A DNA stretch of 64,000 bases. Origin: Candidatus Poseidoniaceae archaeon. Its GTDB lineage: Archaea > Thermoplasmatota > Poseidoniia > Poseidoniales > Poseidoniaceae. The notes under the pieces were generated by a model, which saw only the letters and a program-made list of their open reading frames with translations, ran no database searches and was not told the origin of the DNA. A program made the translations under genes and the position numbers. The stretch spans positions 30,050 to 94,049 of the forward strand of contig CALKGM010000005.1 of assembly GCA_938084675.1 (NCBI GenBank). The letters are read 5' to 3'. Shown piece after piece: positions 25,042 to 33,045 of this stretch (the stretch's first letter is position 1; every line of letters starts with the position of its first letter).

Positions 25042-27474
25042 ATGGCTGAACAATGGGATGATGAAGGTGCTTTTGAGGACGAGGCAGACCGTTCAGTTGG
25101 TGAAGTTGACCTGGTCGAACGCAATCCATTTGACCTTTCAAAAGCGCTTGAAGGAGCGGCTTTGGACGAGTTGAACCCGTCGGTTAAGAAATTTGAACTG
25201 CATGCGGAATTTTCACCAGATGGTGACCAGCCTAAAGCAATTGAAAAATTGATTTCTCAATTGGAAAATGGTCAAGAGCGATGCATCCTCCTTGGCGTAA
25301 CAGGGAGCGGCAAAACCTTTGCAATGGCTCACGTCATTCAGAAACTCAACATACCTACCCTCATTATGAGCCACAACAAAACATTGGCCAGACAACTCCA
25401 CCAAGAGATGGTTGGCTATTTTCCAAAGAATGCAGTTGAGTACTTTGTATCCCACTATGATTACTACCAACCAGAAGCATACCTCGCAAAACGCGACCTT
25501 TACATTGACAAAGAATTGAGTATTAACGAACGCATTGAACAGGAACGGTTTGCCGCAGTAGCATCGTTGGTCACTCGCCCTGACTGTGTGGTTGTGTCCT
25601 CTGTTTCTTGCATTTACGGCCTCAACCCACCTGAAACATTCCTCGAATACCACGTCAGATGCGCTGTTGGACAAGTGATTGAAACCAGTGATTTGCTTAG
25701 GGAACTCATTGAACTCCAATACCGAAGAACAACGACAGATCTCAACCGTGGCGAATGCAGAGTTCGGGGAGAAGTCATCGATGTATGGATGCCGAGTCGA
25801 GACGACCCCCTCCGAATTGTGTTTGATTTTGATGGAATCAAGAGCATCCAAATTTGCGACCCCGTCACGTGGGATGTTCTTGATGAACTAGATGAAGCAT
25901 GGATCCACCCAAAAGAATTCTTTATGACGAGTCCGGAGCGATTTGAAGCAGCGCTTGAATCCATCGAAACTGAACTGAATGAACGTAGTAAGTTTTACGC
26001 CCGAGAGGGTCGTGAATTAGAACGATACCGGATTGAACAGCGCACAGAATATGACCTAGAAATGCTTCGGGAAATAGGCCACTGCCAGGCAATTGAAAAT
26101 TATTCCTTGCACTTTGATGGCAGAGAACGTGGCCAACGACCCTATTGTTTGTTGGATTTCTTTGCAGCATGTGCAAATCAATTCCACGGCAACCCTGAAA
26201 AATTCCTTGTCATCATGGATGAATCCCACGTGAGCCTTCCCCAAGTCGGAGGGATGTACCATGGCGACCGCTCGAGAAAAGAGAGCCTCATTGAGCATGG
26301 ATTCCGCTTACCAACTGCTGCTGACAATAGACCCCTCAAAATTCCTGAGTTCCAAAGTCTCGTTCCTCAAATGGTATACGTATCGGCAACCCCTGGAGAA
26401 CGAGAACTACGACACCTCTGTGAAATCACGAACCAGCCCCTTCCTAAAGGACTTGAACATGCAGCGAGCCAGGGTGGAGCTGGGGCGGCTGACAGGGACA
26501 AGAAGCACCCCGAAGCAGAGTCTATGTACGATATGCTCCAATCCATTCAAGGAATCGCCAAGATGGAATTACGACCAACTGGTTTGCTCGACCCAGAAAT
26601 TGAAGTACGCCCCACTGCAGGTCAAATCAATGACTTGCTCACTGAAATTAATGCTCGTATCGAGCAATCTCAACGTTGTCTTGTGACCGTTCTTACGATT
26701 AAATTCGCAGAGGAGGTCGCCGCCTACCTCAATCGAATGGGCGTTAAGGCACATCACCTGCATTCAGAAATTGACACGATTGAACGCACCGAGATCATCA
26801 ATGCGCTTCGCCACGGCCACATCGATGTTATCGTTGGAATTAACCTTCTTCGTGAAGGCTTGGATATCCCTGAAGTAAGCCTTGTCGCTATCTTTGACGC
26901 CGACCGACAAGGCTTCCTACGAAACGAAAGAAGCTTGCTTCAAACAATAGGCCGTGCTGCAAGAAACCAAGATGGAAAAGTATTGCTGTACGCAGACGGG
27001 TTTTCTCCAGCAATGGAGGCTGCCATCCGACAAACCCTTGAGCGCCGGCAACGGCAACATGCGAACAATGAGGCTCTAGGAATCACACCGCGTACAATCG
27101 TAAAGGCACTCCCAGTAATGGGGGATACAACGGATGAATTGATCGCAGGAACGACCACTGGAGGCGACGGTTCTCGACGACTCATCGCTAAGAAAGGTGG
27201 GCGTAAGGATGGGGATTGGGCGCAACGATTGAACTTGGGGGCTGGCTCTTGGGCATCTGCAAATGAATCAGATAAAACTTCAATAGAAAAATCAAATTCC
27301 CAATTGATAAATTCTAATAAACAGCCCCCACTGTCTGCTCTTTCTGAAAGTGAACGGTCTGAACTGCTCAATGAACTACGTGCGGAAATGGAGACTGCAG
27401 CAAAATCCCTGGATTTCGAACAAGCAGCCCGCTTACGAGACCGCATCTATGAGATAGAACACATGAGTCAATAA
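25042..27474 (+). CDS. uvrB: Excinuclease ABC subunit B
   Basis: ATG at 25042. FELHAEFSPDGDQPKAIEKL, Walker A GVTGSGKTF, DESHVSLPQ, helicase motifs, and the C-terminal UVR motif LDFEQAARLRDRIYEIE. Confidence 0.93.
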   Translation: MAEQWDDEGAFEDEADRSVGEVDLVERNPFDLSKALEGAALDELNPSVKKFELHAEFSPDGDQPKAIEKLISQLENGQERCILLGVTGSGKTFAMAHVIQKLNIPTLIMSHNKTLARQLHQEMVGYFPKNAVEYFVSHYDYYQPEAYLAKRDLYIDKELSINERIEQERFAAVASLVTRPDCVVVSSVSCIYGLNPPETFLEYHVRCAVGQVIETSDLLRELIELQYRRTTTDLNRGECRVRGEVIDVWMPSRDDPLRIVFDFDGIKSIQICDPVTWDVLDELDEAWIHPKEFFMTSPERFEAALESIETELNERSKFYAREGRELERYRIEQRTEYDLEMLREIGHCQAIENYSLHFDGRERGQRPYCLLDFFAACANQFHGNPEKFLVIMDESHVSLPQVGGMYHGDRSRKESLIEHGFRLPTAADNRPLKIPEFQSLVPQMVYVSATPGERELRHLCEITNQPLPKGLEHAASQGGAGAADRDKKHPEAESMYDMLQSIQGIAKMELRPTGLLDPEIEVRPTAGQINDLLTEINARIEQSQRCLVTVLTIKFAEEVAAYLNRMGVKAHHLHSEIDTIERTEIINALRHGHIDVIVGINLLREGLDIPEVSLVAIFDADRQGFLRNERSLLQTIGRAARNQDGKVLLYADGFSPAMEAAIRQTLERRQRQHANNEALGITPRTIVKALPVMGDTTDELIAGTTTGGDGSRRLIAKKGGRKDGDWAQRLNLGAGSWASANESDKTSIEKSNSQLINSNKQPPLSALSESERSELLNELRAEMETAAKSLDFEQAARLRDRIYEIEHMSQ

Positions 27475-27526
27475 TGGCTAAGTCGGGCGTGAACACCTTC
27501 ATGAAGCGGAGCCGCGAGGTCTGGCC

Positions 27527-28546
27527 ATGGCGATTGACCCAAAGGACTTCGACACCCCTGTTGTGGATTACGACTTTTCCAAGGCAACATCGCCGCAGCA
27601 ATTGATACAGCAAATGGCTTCTGCAGGCGGATTTACCGCTACAAAATTCGCTACAGCAAGGGAAATTCTTTCCCAAATGAAAACCGATATTGACGCAGTA
27701 GATGCAGACCCAGAGCAAGTGACAAACTGGCTTTCATTCCCCGCCTGCTTGTGTGCTACTGGAACACGAGGCTTCTTTGTTGAAGCCATCAAGAGAAAGA
27801 TGTTCAACGTAGTATCTACGACATGTGGAACGCTCGACCACGACATTGCGAGGGCCTACAAGCACTATTACCACGGGTCTTTTGAGTTGGATGATAGGGA
27901 ACTTGGAGAACATTCCCTCATGCGCCTCGGCAACGTTATCGTCCCCAACGCATCCTACGGAGAGATCATTGAATCTGTAGTCATGCCCGTCCTTGAAGAT
28001 ATTTACAACGATCGTCTTGCATCTACCGGAAAGACGGGAGCTGACGCGTGGCTAGGATTCGGTTCAATCCACCTGGTATGGGAATTAGGTAAGCGAATTG
28101 GAACCCCCGACTCGTTGATTTATTGGGCTGCTAAGAACAAGATCCCAGTATGCATCCCAGGAATTACAGACGGTTCAATCGGAGCTCAATTGTTCATGTT
28201 CCGCCAAAAACACCGGGATTTCCACCTTGACACGCTCGCTGATGAGCAAGTTATGAGCGACCTAACGTGGGACGTGGACGCCTCAAACGCACTTATGATT
28301 GGCGGAGGCATCTCAAAACACCACGTCATATGGTGGAACCAATACCGAGGTGGACTCGACAGCGCAGTATACATTACTACAGCCCCCGAACATGACGGAA
28401 GCCTCTCAGGTGCTCGACTTAGAGAGGCCATCTCATGGGGGAAGATGCGCCCTGAGGCCCCCCATGTTTGCGTCGAAGGAGATGCAAGTCTACTCCTTCC
28501 TTTACTTGGTGCTGACCTCTTTAGCGAAGCATGGAAGGAACATTAA
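27527..28546 (+). CDS. dys: Deoxyhypusine synthase
   Basis: LMIGGGISKHHVIWWN (the GGGxxKHH block) plus PGITDGSIG. Length (339 aa) is typical of archaeal DHS. Confidence 0.9.
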   Translation: MAIDPKDFDTPVVDYDFSKATSPQQLIQQMASAGGFTATKFATAREILSQMKTDIDAVDADPEQVTNWLSFPACLCATGTRGFFVEAIKRKMFNVVSTTCGTLDHDIARAYKHYYHGSFELDDRELGEHSLMRLGNVIVPNASYGEIIESVVMPVLEDIYNDRLASTGKTGADAWLGFGSIHLVWELGKRIGTPDSLIYWAAKNKIPVCIPGITDGSIGAQLFMFRQKHRDFHLDTLADEQVMSDLTWDVDASNALMIGGGISKHHVIWWNQYRGGLDSAVYITTAPEHDGSLSGARLREAISWGKMRPEAPHVCVEGDASLLLPLLGADLFSEAWKEH

Positions 28547-29421
28547 CTCATCTTGTAGTGCTGAGCAAGTTCAGCGACGATGAGCATGAGGCTTTGCCGG
28601 AACGGAGTCCTTGGATTCCAACCCTCATTACTGATGCTTTCAAGCGATTCATGGAGCCTTTCAAGAGAAGGTCGGGGGATTCGCATCTTAGGGGTAGCGA
28701 GGTCTTCAACTTCGACAATAGGCCCTTCATCCGCCCGCAGGTGAGAGAGATTGAACCGACCTTCTTGCCCGGCATTAGTCCTCGATACGAGCATTTGAAA
28801 TTCCAGCCACGTGGCCTCCATTGTCCAATACCTTCTGCCACAAACATTCATTGAACCTCCAGAGGGAAATCCACCTTTTATCAGCCGCAGTAGACCTTCT
28901 GCAACATCATCACAAGAACACCAATATGCACCATCTGAGCCAAGGATTGGCGTTTCGTGACGGTTTGCAAGCCCCCACCAGTGATGGAACATAGCACCAA
29001 CTTCAGTTGAAGCATCGGTCGTAAGAAGATCATGGATGTAGATTTGGAGGTTGTTTTCATCTTCCAGTTCGCTCGGGGGACTGAGATGTATTACAGGTAG
29101 GCCGGTTTGTTGGAGAGAAGCAAGGTCATGGTGACGATCAACAACATGAACTGAAGCAGATGCTGAAGCATCCATTGACTCTACAGCCTCAGAGAAGTGT
29201 TCGAGAGCAGAGGCATGCTCCTCTTGAACACGTGACCGCTCATACTCAGGGACTAAAAAACGATGAAACTGTGGGATTCCTCGCTCCAAGAGCGTTCTCG
29301 CCAGTGGGTGGGACGCTGCATGGAGTGCTATTCTTCCCTCATCGCCCATGTAAATCCCAGATGATACCCGTTCATGAAGGATTCCTCCATCACATTTTAC
29401 GCACATAATAGAAATTTTCAA
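28543..29421 (-). CDS. Hypothetical protein, distantly NAD-dependent epimerase/dehydratase-like but lacking an obvious GxxGxxG/YxxxK
   Basis: TTG start at 29421 or ATG at 29406. The C-terminal two thirds (CDDVAEGLLRLIKGG...NVCGRRYWTMEATWLEF...ISNEGWNPRTPFRQSL) resemble the substrate-binding half of extended SDRs. The N-terminus has no glycine-rich loop. Confidence 0.4.
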   Translation of the reverse strand: MKISIMCVKCDGGILHERVSSGIYMGDEGRIALHAASHPLARTLLERGIPQFHRFLVPEYERSRVQEEHASALEHFSEAVESMDASASASVHVVDRHHDLASLQQTGLPVIHLSPPSELEDENNLQIYIHDLLTTDASTEVGAMFHHWWGLANRHETPILGSDGAYWCSCDDVAEGLLRLIKGGFPSGGSMNVCGRRYWTMEATWLEFQMLVSRTNAGQEGRFNLSHLRADEGPIVEVEDLATPKMRIPRPSLERLHESLESISNEGWNPRTPFRQSLMLIVAELAQHYKMS

Positions 29422-29721
29422 TTGGAAAATATCATAATAATTTCGGATTTCATATTGAAAAGAATTTCAATAAGGATAGAAAGGTTCCAGAAATTCATCT
29501 GCCCCCTCGAGATGATCTCATAATGTTAGATTCAATATGAAAACGAATCCTTTTTGATTTAGACGCTTGTGGGATTTTAATTGAAAAAACGCGCGTTATG
29601 CGACATATAAAATTGAATTAAATTCTATATTTCAATTGGTTGAATGTAGTATTATGCGACAAATGCAATTGGAAATGATATTTTTTTCGGGGAAGAGTAT
29701 AATAGGCGCCGAGACTGAGCA
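29422..29721. promoter_or_regulatory. AT-rich (about 70% AT) intergenic island with iterated CAATTG/ATTGAAA-type motifs and a duplicated TTATGCGACA box; divergent promoter region
   Basis: Motif copies: ttcaattggaaaa (29417), atattgaaaag (29452), tttcaataagg (29465), attcaatatgaaaac (29530), ttaattgaaaaaac (29577), aaattgaatt (29611), tttcaattggttgaatg (29630), gcaattggaaatg (29666). TTATGCGACA occurs at 29596-29605 and 29652-29661. TATAATA at 29698-29704 lies about 18 nt before the ATG at 29722. Confidence 0.6.
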
Positions 29722-30345
29722 ATGGGTAAGCCGAACAAAATCGGCATGGAGATGGGAAACATGAGAAATACAGAATTTGACATTCAGGAGTTACTCCAAC
29801 GGGATGTCTATGTGAACGAAAAGAAAGTAGGTACGATCGTCGGTGAGCGTCACCACCCGAATGAAGCACGAGTTCAATCGATGCGCATTCAAGTGGCACC
29901 AGAAGTCGCAGACGAATACATGCGAAAGCCAGCCGAACTAGCACCGCTACCGAAAGAACTGGTCCACAGCATTCGTGGCGACGGTACAGTGAAGCTCTCT
30001 AAGTCAATGCGAGAATTACAACGCCGATGGAGAAACACGGTTCGAATTGATGAGAAACTTTACGCACCTGACGAAATGTTGGATCGTGCCGTATTGGACA
30101 ACCAAGGAGAAGAGATTGGCGTTATCACCAGACTCTTCCGAGTAAAGCGCACGTACAAAGGCGTCATTGTCACGACAAGAATGCGTATCCAAAAGGAATT
30201 CGGCGTTGAATCCGAAATCCGCATTCCAATCACAGCATTGGCACGAACACGAGAACGCCTGGACGAAGTTGTTCTTTCTCGAACCTTTGAGAAAGTGCTT
30301 CAGTTGCCGTCCTTTGCTGCCATCAACTCGATGGAAGAAGAGTGA
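29722..30345 (+). CDS. Tandem PRC-barrel domain protein
   Basis: Two segments fit the PRC-barrel pattern. The first is LLQRDVYVNEKKVGTIVGE...RVQSMRIQV...LPKELVHSIRGDGTVKL. The second is MLDRAVLDNQGEEIGVITRLF...KGVIVTT...IRIPITALARTRERLDEVVL. Confidence 0.5.
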   Translation: MGKPNKIGMEMGNMRNTEFDIQELLQRDVYVNEKKVGTIVGERHHPNEARVQSMRIQVAPEVADEYMRKPAELAPLPKELVHSIRGDGTVKLSKSMRELQRRWRNTVRIDEKLYAPDEMLDRAVLDNQGEEIGVITRLFRVKRTYKGVIVTTRMRIQKEFGVESEIRIPITALARTRERLDEVVLSRTFEKVLQLPSFAAINSMEEE

Positions 30346-30385
30346 AAGCAGAATAATCTTGGATTGAAGCCGGTTGAATCTTCAG

Positions 30386-30403
30386 CCGTCATGCTTATGA
30401 CGG
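30386..30403 (+). terminator. Perfect 7-bp hairpin (CCGTCAT-gctt-ATGACGG) 40 nt downstream of the PRC-barrel gene; possible 3'-end structure
   Basis: The inverted repeat was read directly from the sequence. No experimental or comparative support. Confidence 0.25.
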
Positions 30404-30429
30404 GGGGTCCGGTCGGCGGGTTTACCATT

Positions 30430-30506
30430 GCGCGGGTGGCTTAGTCGGTTAGAGCACCCGGCTGATAACCGGGAGGTCGCAGGTTCAAGTCCTGCCTCGC
30501 GCACCA
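30430..30506 (+). tRNA. tRNA-Ile (anticodon GAU), CCA encoded
   Basis: Manual cloverleaf. Acceptor GCGCGGG/CTCGCGC (one G-U pair), D-arm GCTT-AGTCGGTTA-GAGC, anticodon arm CCCGG-CTGATAA-CCGGG (GAT), variable AGGTC, T-arm GCAGG-TTCAAGT-CCTGC, discriminator A, CCA at 30504-30506. Confidence 0.93.
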
Positions 30507-30590
30507 ACACTTCTTCTGGAGTTCTTTCGATTCTTTCGCTCTCGCAAAGAACATGAAGGGTCAGCGTACAGGACGGCTTGAGGGGAACAC

Positions 30591-31538
30591 ATGGTCGTCG
30601 TATCCGGCAGTAATTCTGGCCCGCTTGCGAGCCAACTCGCTGAATCCCTTGGTTGGGAACATCACGTGTTAGAAACACGACGATTCCCAGATACCGAAGG
30701 GTACACTCGAATCCCCACTGAAACGATCGAAGCAGTTCGTAACGGACCCGTCGTCTTGGTATCAAACACCTTCCCGGATTCTGGAATTGTTGAGACATTG
30801 CTCATGCTTGAGTCCCTAAACGATGTACGTCGGGGCGAATTGCATAATTTGCGAGAAATCGGCCCCCAGACCCTGCCTGATGTAGGAAAAGGCATTATTT
30901 TGGCAATTCCATATTTTGGTTATTCTCGCCAGGACAAACGCTTCAAACCTGGCGAAGCAATTTCAGCTCGGGCCATTGCCCACCTACTTGCTACAAAGTG
31001 TGATGGAATGGTTGTCTTGGACATACATGCGCCGGAAGTACTGCAGGACCTCTCCGTGCCGATCTCATTCACATCAGCAATGCCGGAACTTTCTGAGCGT
31101 TTGCAAGGAACAGTTGCTCCAGACTTCATTCTCTCACCCGATAAAGGTGCAATAGACAGAGCAAGTCAGGTGGCCTCATTGATTGGGTGCGAGTTTTCTT
31201 ATCTTGAGAAAACACGAATTGATGCGCATACCATCGCCCATAAGGCAAAAGACCTCGATGTTGCAGGAAAGAAAGTTGCTATTGTGGACGATATGATCGC
31301 AACTGGTGGCACTATTTGTCGTGCTGCAGAAGCCTTGCGAAATCAAGGAGCCACCCAAGTTCACGCAGCATGTTCTCACGGATTGTTCACCGGCGGGGCA
31401 ATCGCCAGACTCTTGAGATACGTTGACGGAGTTCATGCGACAGGCTCCTTATCCAATGCCGTGGACTCGATTCCGGGTGGCCCGGCCTTGTCTCGGGGCG
31501 TCAAAGAAATACTGGACGAATTGGGTCTCAAAGCATAA
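30591..31538 (+). CDS. prs: Ribose-phosphate pyrophosphokinase (PRPP synthetase)
   Basis: PRPP-binding loop KKVAIVDDMIATGGTICRAAEAL. The N-terminal domain has VVSGSNSGPLASQLAESLG and YFGYSRQDKRF. Confidence 0.9.
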   Translation: MVVVSGSNSGPLASQLAESLGWEHHVLETRRFPDTEGYTRIPTETIEAVRNGPVVLVSNTFPDSGIVETLLMLESLNDVRRGELHNLREIGPQTLPDVGKGIILAIPYFGYSRQDKRFKPGEAISARAIAHLLATKCDGMVVLDIHAPEVLQDLSVPISFTSAMPELSERLQGTVAPDFILSPDKGAIDRASQVASLIGCEFSYLEKTRIDAHTIAHKAKDLDVAGKKVAIVDDMIATGGTICRAAEALRNQGATQVHAACSHGLFTGGAIARLLRYVDGVHATGSLSNAVDSIPGGPALSRGVKEILDELGLKA

Positions 31539-31555
31539 GAAAACAAAGGACTGCT

Positions 31556-31603
31556 CACTGTTTCTCTCTATCTTTCATCAATTCGGAGACCTGAGTTGTC
31601 TCC
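31556..31603 (+). terminator. T-rich tract followed by a 6-bp hairpin (GGAGAC-ctgagtt-GTCTCC) after prs; candidate archaeal termination region
   Basis: tttctctctatctttcatc (T-rich) at 31556-31578 and the hairpin at 31585-31603. TTTATAT at 31609-31615 could be the TATA box of the rpl7ae operon. Confidence 0.3.
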
Positions 31604-31667
31604 GTTGCGTTTATATCCGCGTGGTTCTGCGCATGGTTGCCCTTAACATGAGGAAGGAGATATTCCA

Positions 31668-32039
31668 ATGAGTGTACACGTAGCATTTGAAACCCCAGAA
31701 GACGTTGCTGACAAGATTTACGAGATGATCCAATCGAACACGAATGGACGCGTCAAGAAAGGCAGTAACGAGGTCACGAAAGCCGCAGAGCGAGGTACCG
31801 CTCAATTCATCATTCTTGCTGAAGATGTGAACCCTCCAGAATTGTTGGCTCACCTTCCATTGATTTGTGAAGAAAAGGGAATCCCGTACGGATACGTCCC
31901 AAGCCAAGAATTCTTGGCCAAGGAAGCTGGACTCGCCAACGGTGTCAAGGCTGCTTCTATCGCAGTCATGGAAATCAACAAAGGCGCTCAAGAAAAATTC
32001 AATGAAGTTGTAGAACTCATCAAAGGCCTCAAGGCTTGA
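31668..32039 (+). CDS. rpl7ae: Ribosomal protein L7Ae (K-turn binding)
   Basis: VKKGSNEVTKAAERGTAQFIILAEDVNPPELLAHLPLICEEKGIPYGYVPSQEFLAKEAG. AGGAAGGAGA lies 7 nt upstream of the ATG. Confidence 0.95.
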   Translation: MSVHVAFETPEDVADKIYEMIQSNTNGRVKKGSNEVTKAAERGTAQFIILAEDVNPPELLAHLPLICEEKGIPYGYVPSQEFLAKEAGLANGVKAASIAVMEINKGAQEKFNEVVELIKGLKA

Positions 32040-32052
32040 GATATAATCGGAG

Positions 32053-32286
32053 ATGAAGATTATGAGTGAAGAACTCGGTGGATGGCCAGCAGAAGTGGTC
32101 GAAATTGTAGGCCGAACCGGAATGACCGGAGAAGCCACCCAAGTCAAGGTGCGTGTTAACGACGCACCCAACCCAAGAGATGTAGGACGTATCATCAGCC
32201 GCAACGTGGTAGGACCTGTGCGAGTCGGTGACATTCTCATGCTCAAAGACACGGGACGAGAGGCCCGAAAGCTCAACGCACGGTGA
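32053..32286 (+). CDS. rps28e: Ribosomal protein S28e
   Basis: [24 protein letters not shown]...[25 protein letters not shown]. Confidence 0.93.
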   Translation: MKIMSEELGGWPAEVVEIVGRTGMTGEATQVKVRVNDAPNPRDVGRIISRNVVGPVRVGDILMLKDTGREARKLNAR

Positions 32287-32292
32287 TGAACA

Positions 32293-32484
32293 ATGCCAGA
32301 ACGAAGAATTTGCAGTTTTTCCGGAGAGGAAATCGAACCCGGAACCGGCATGATGTTTGTACGCAAGGATGGAAGTATCCTTTGGTTCAAGAGCAGTAAA
32401 ACTCGTAAGAACCAACTCCAACTCAAGCGTAACTCTCGCAAAGTGAAGTGGACCCGCCATTACGTCAAAGGCGGAATCCAGTGA
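32293..32484 (+). CDS. rpl24e: Ribosomal protein L24e
   Basis: [36 protein letters not shown] (L24e zinc-ribbon-like N-terminus). Confidence 0.93.
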   Translation: MPERRICSFSGEEIEPGTGMMFVRKDGSILWFKSSKTRKNQLQLKRNSRKVKWTRHYVKGGIQ

Positions 32485-32567
32485 ACCCCTATCGGGACCA
32501 CAACTTCTCACTTGCCCCACAGCAACGCCCTTAAACAGGTCACTTTTGGGTAGGTTTGGTGAACACC

Positions 32568-33014
32568 ATGCAAACTACCTATGTGATGATTAAACCCGAC
32601 GGCGTACAACGTGGACTTGTCGGAGAAATACTTGGACGATTCGAACGAAAAGGACTGAAACTTGTCGGTATGAAATCGATGGTCCCAACCGAAGAAATTG
32701 CTCGAACTCATTACGATGTTCACAAGGAACGTCCGTTTTTCCCAGGACTCATTAATTTCGTCACATCAGGACCTGTTGTTTGTATGGCATGGCAGGGTAA
32801 AGATGCAATTTCAGTCGCTCGTAAACTGATCGGAGCAACCAACGGACGTGAAGCAGACCCTGGAACTATTCGGGGAGATTTCGGAATGGACATGGGTTAC
32901 AACATGATCCACGGCTCCGATGCACCAGAAACTGCAGAGTTTGAACTTGGACTTTGGTTCCCCGAAGGACTCATGGAATGGAACAATACCATGGGCACCT
33001 GGGTATACGAGTGA
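32568..33014 (+). CDS. ndk: Nucleoside diphosphate kinase
   Basis: The ORF track starts at a TTG (32556). The ATG at 32568 gives [21 protein letters not shown]. Active-site NMIHGSD. Confidence 0.95.
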   Translation: MQTTYVMIKPDGVQRGLVGEILGRFERKGLKLVGMKSMVPTEEIARTHYDVHKERPFFPGLINFVTSGPVVCMAWQGKDAISVARKLIGATNGREADPGTIRGDFGMDMGYNMIHGSDAPETAEFELGLWFPEGLMEWNNTMGTWVYE

Positions 33015-33030
33015 ACTCTCCCTCAATTGA

Positions 33031-33040
33031 GAGGCGGTGA
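33031..33040 (+). promoter_or_regulatory. Shine-Dalgarno-like element for aIF5B
   Basis: GAGGCGGTGA ends 5 nt before the ATG at 33046. Confidence 0.45.
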
Positions 33041-33045
33041 AACCG

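Noticed and set aside
29422-30506. Possibility that the AT-rich island, the PRC-barrel gene and the tRNA-Ile are the edge of an integrated element
   Set aside because: There is no integrase or other mobile-element gene. No direct repeat of the tRNA 3' half was found in the island. The flanking genes (dys, prs) are core housekeeping genes.
31604-31667. Searched the rpl7ae leader for a K-turn, because L7Ae autoregulation through a 5'-UTR K-turn is known in some archaea
   Set aside because: I could not find a helix, 3-nt bulge and tandem G.A/A.G arrangement by eye. The GA dinucleotides present belong to the GGAGA ribosome-binding region.
31611-32441. 276-aa ORF antisense to rpl7ae, rps28e and rpl24e
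   Set aside because: It lies opposite three unmistakable ribosomal protein genes. Its product is S/R/L/P-rich low-complexity sequence, typical of the reverse complement of GAA/GAG-rich coding DNA. No motif was found.
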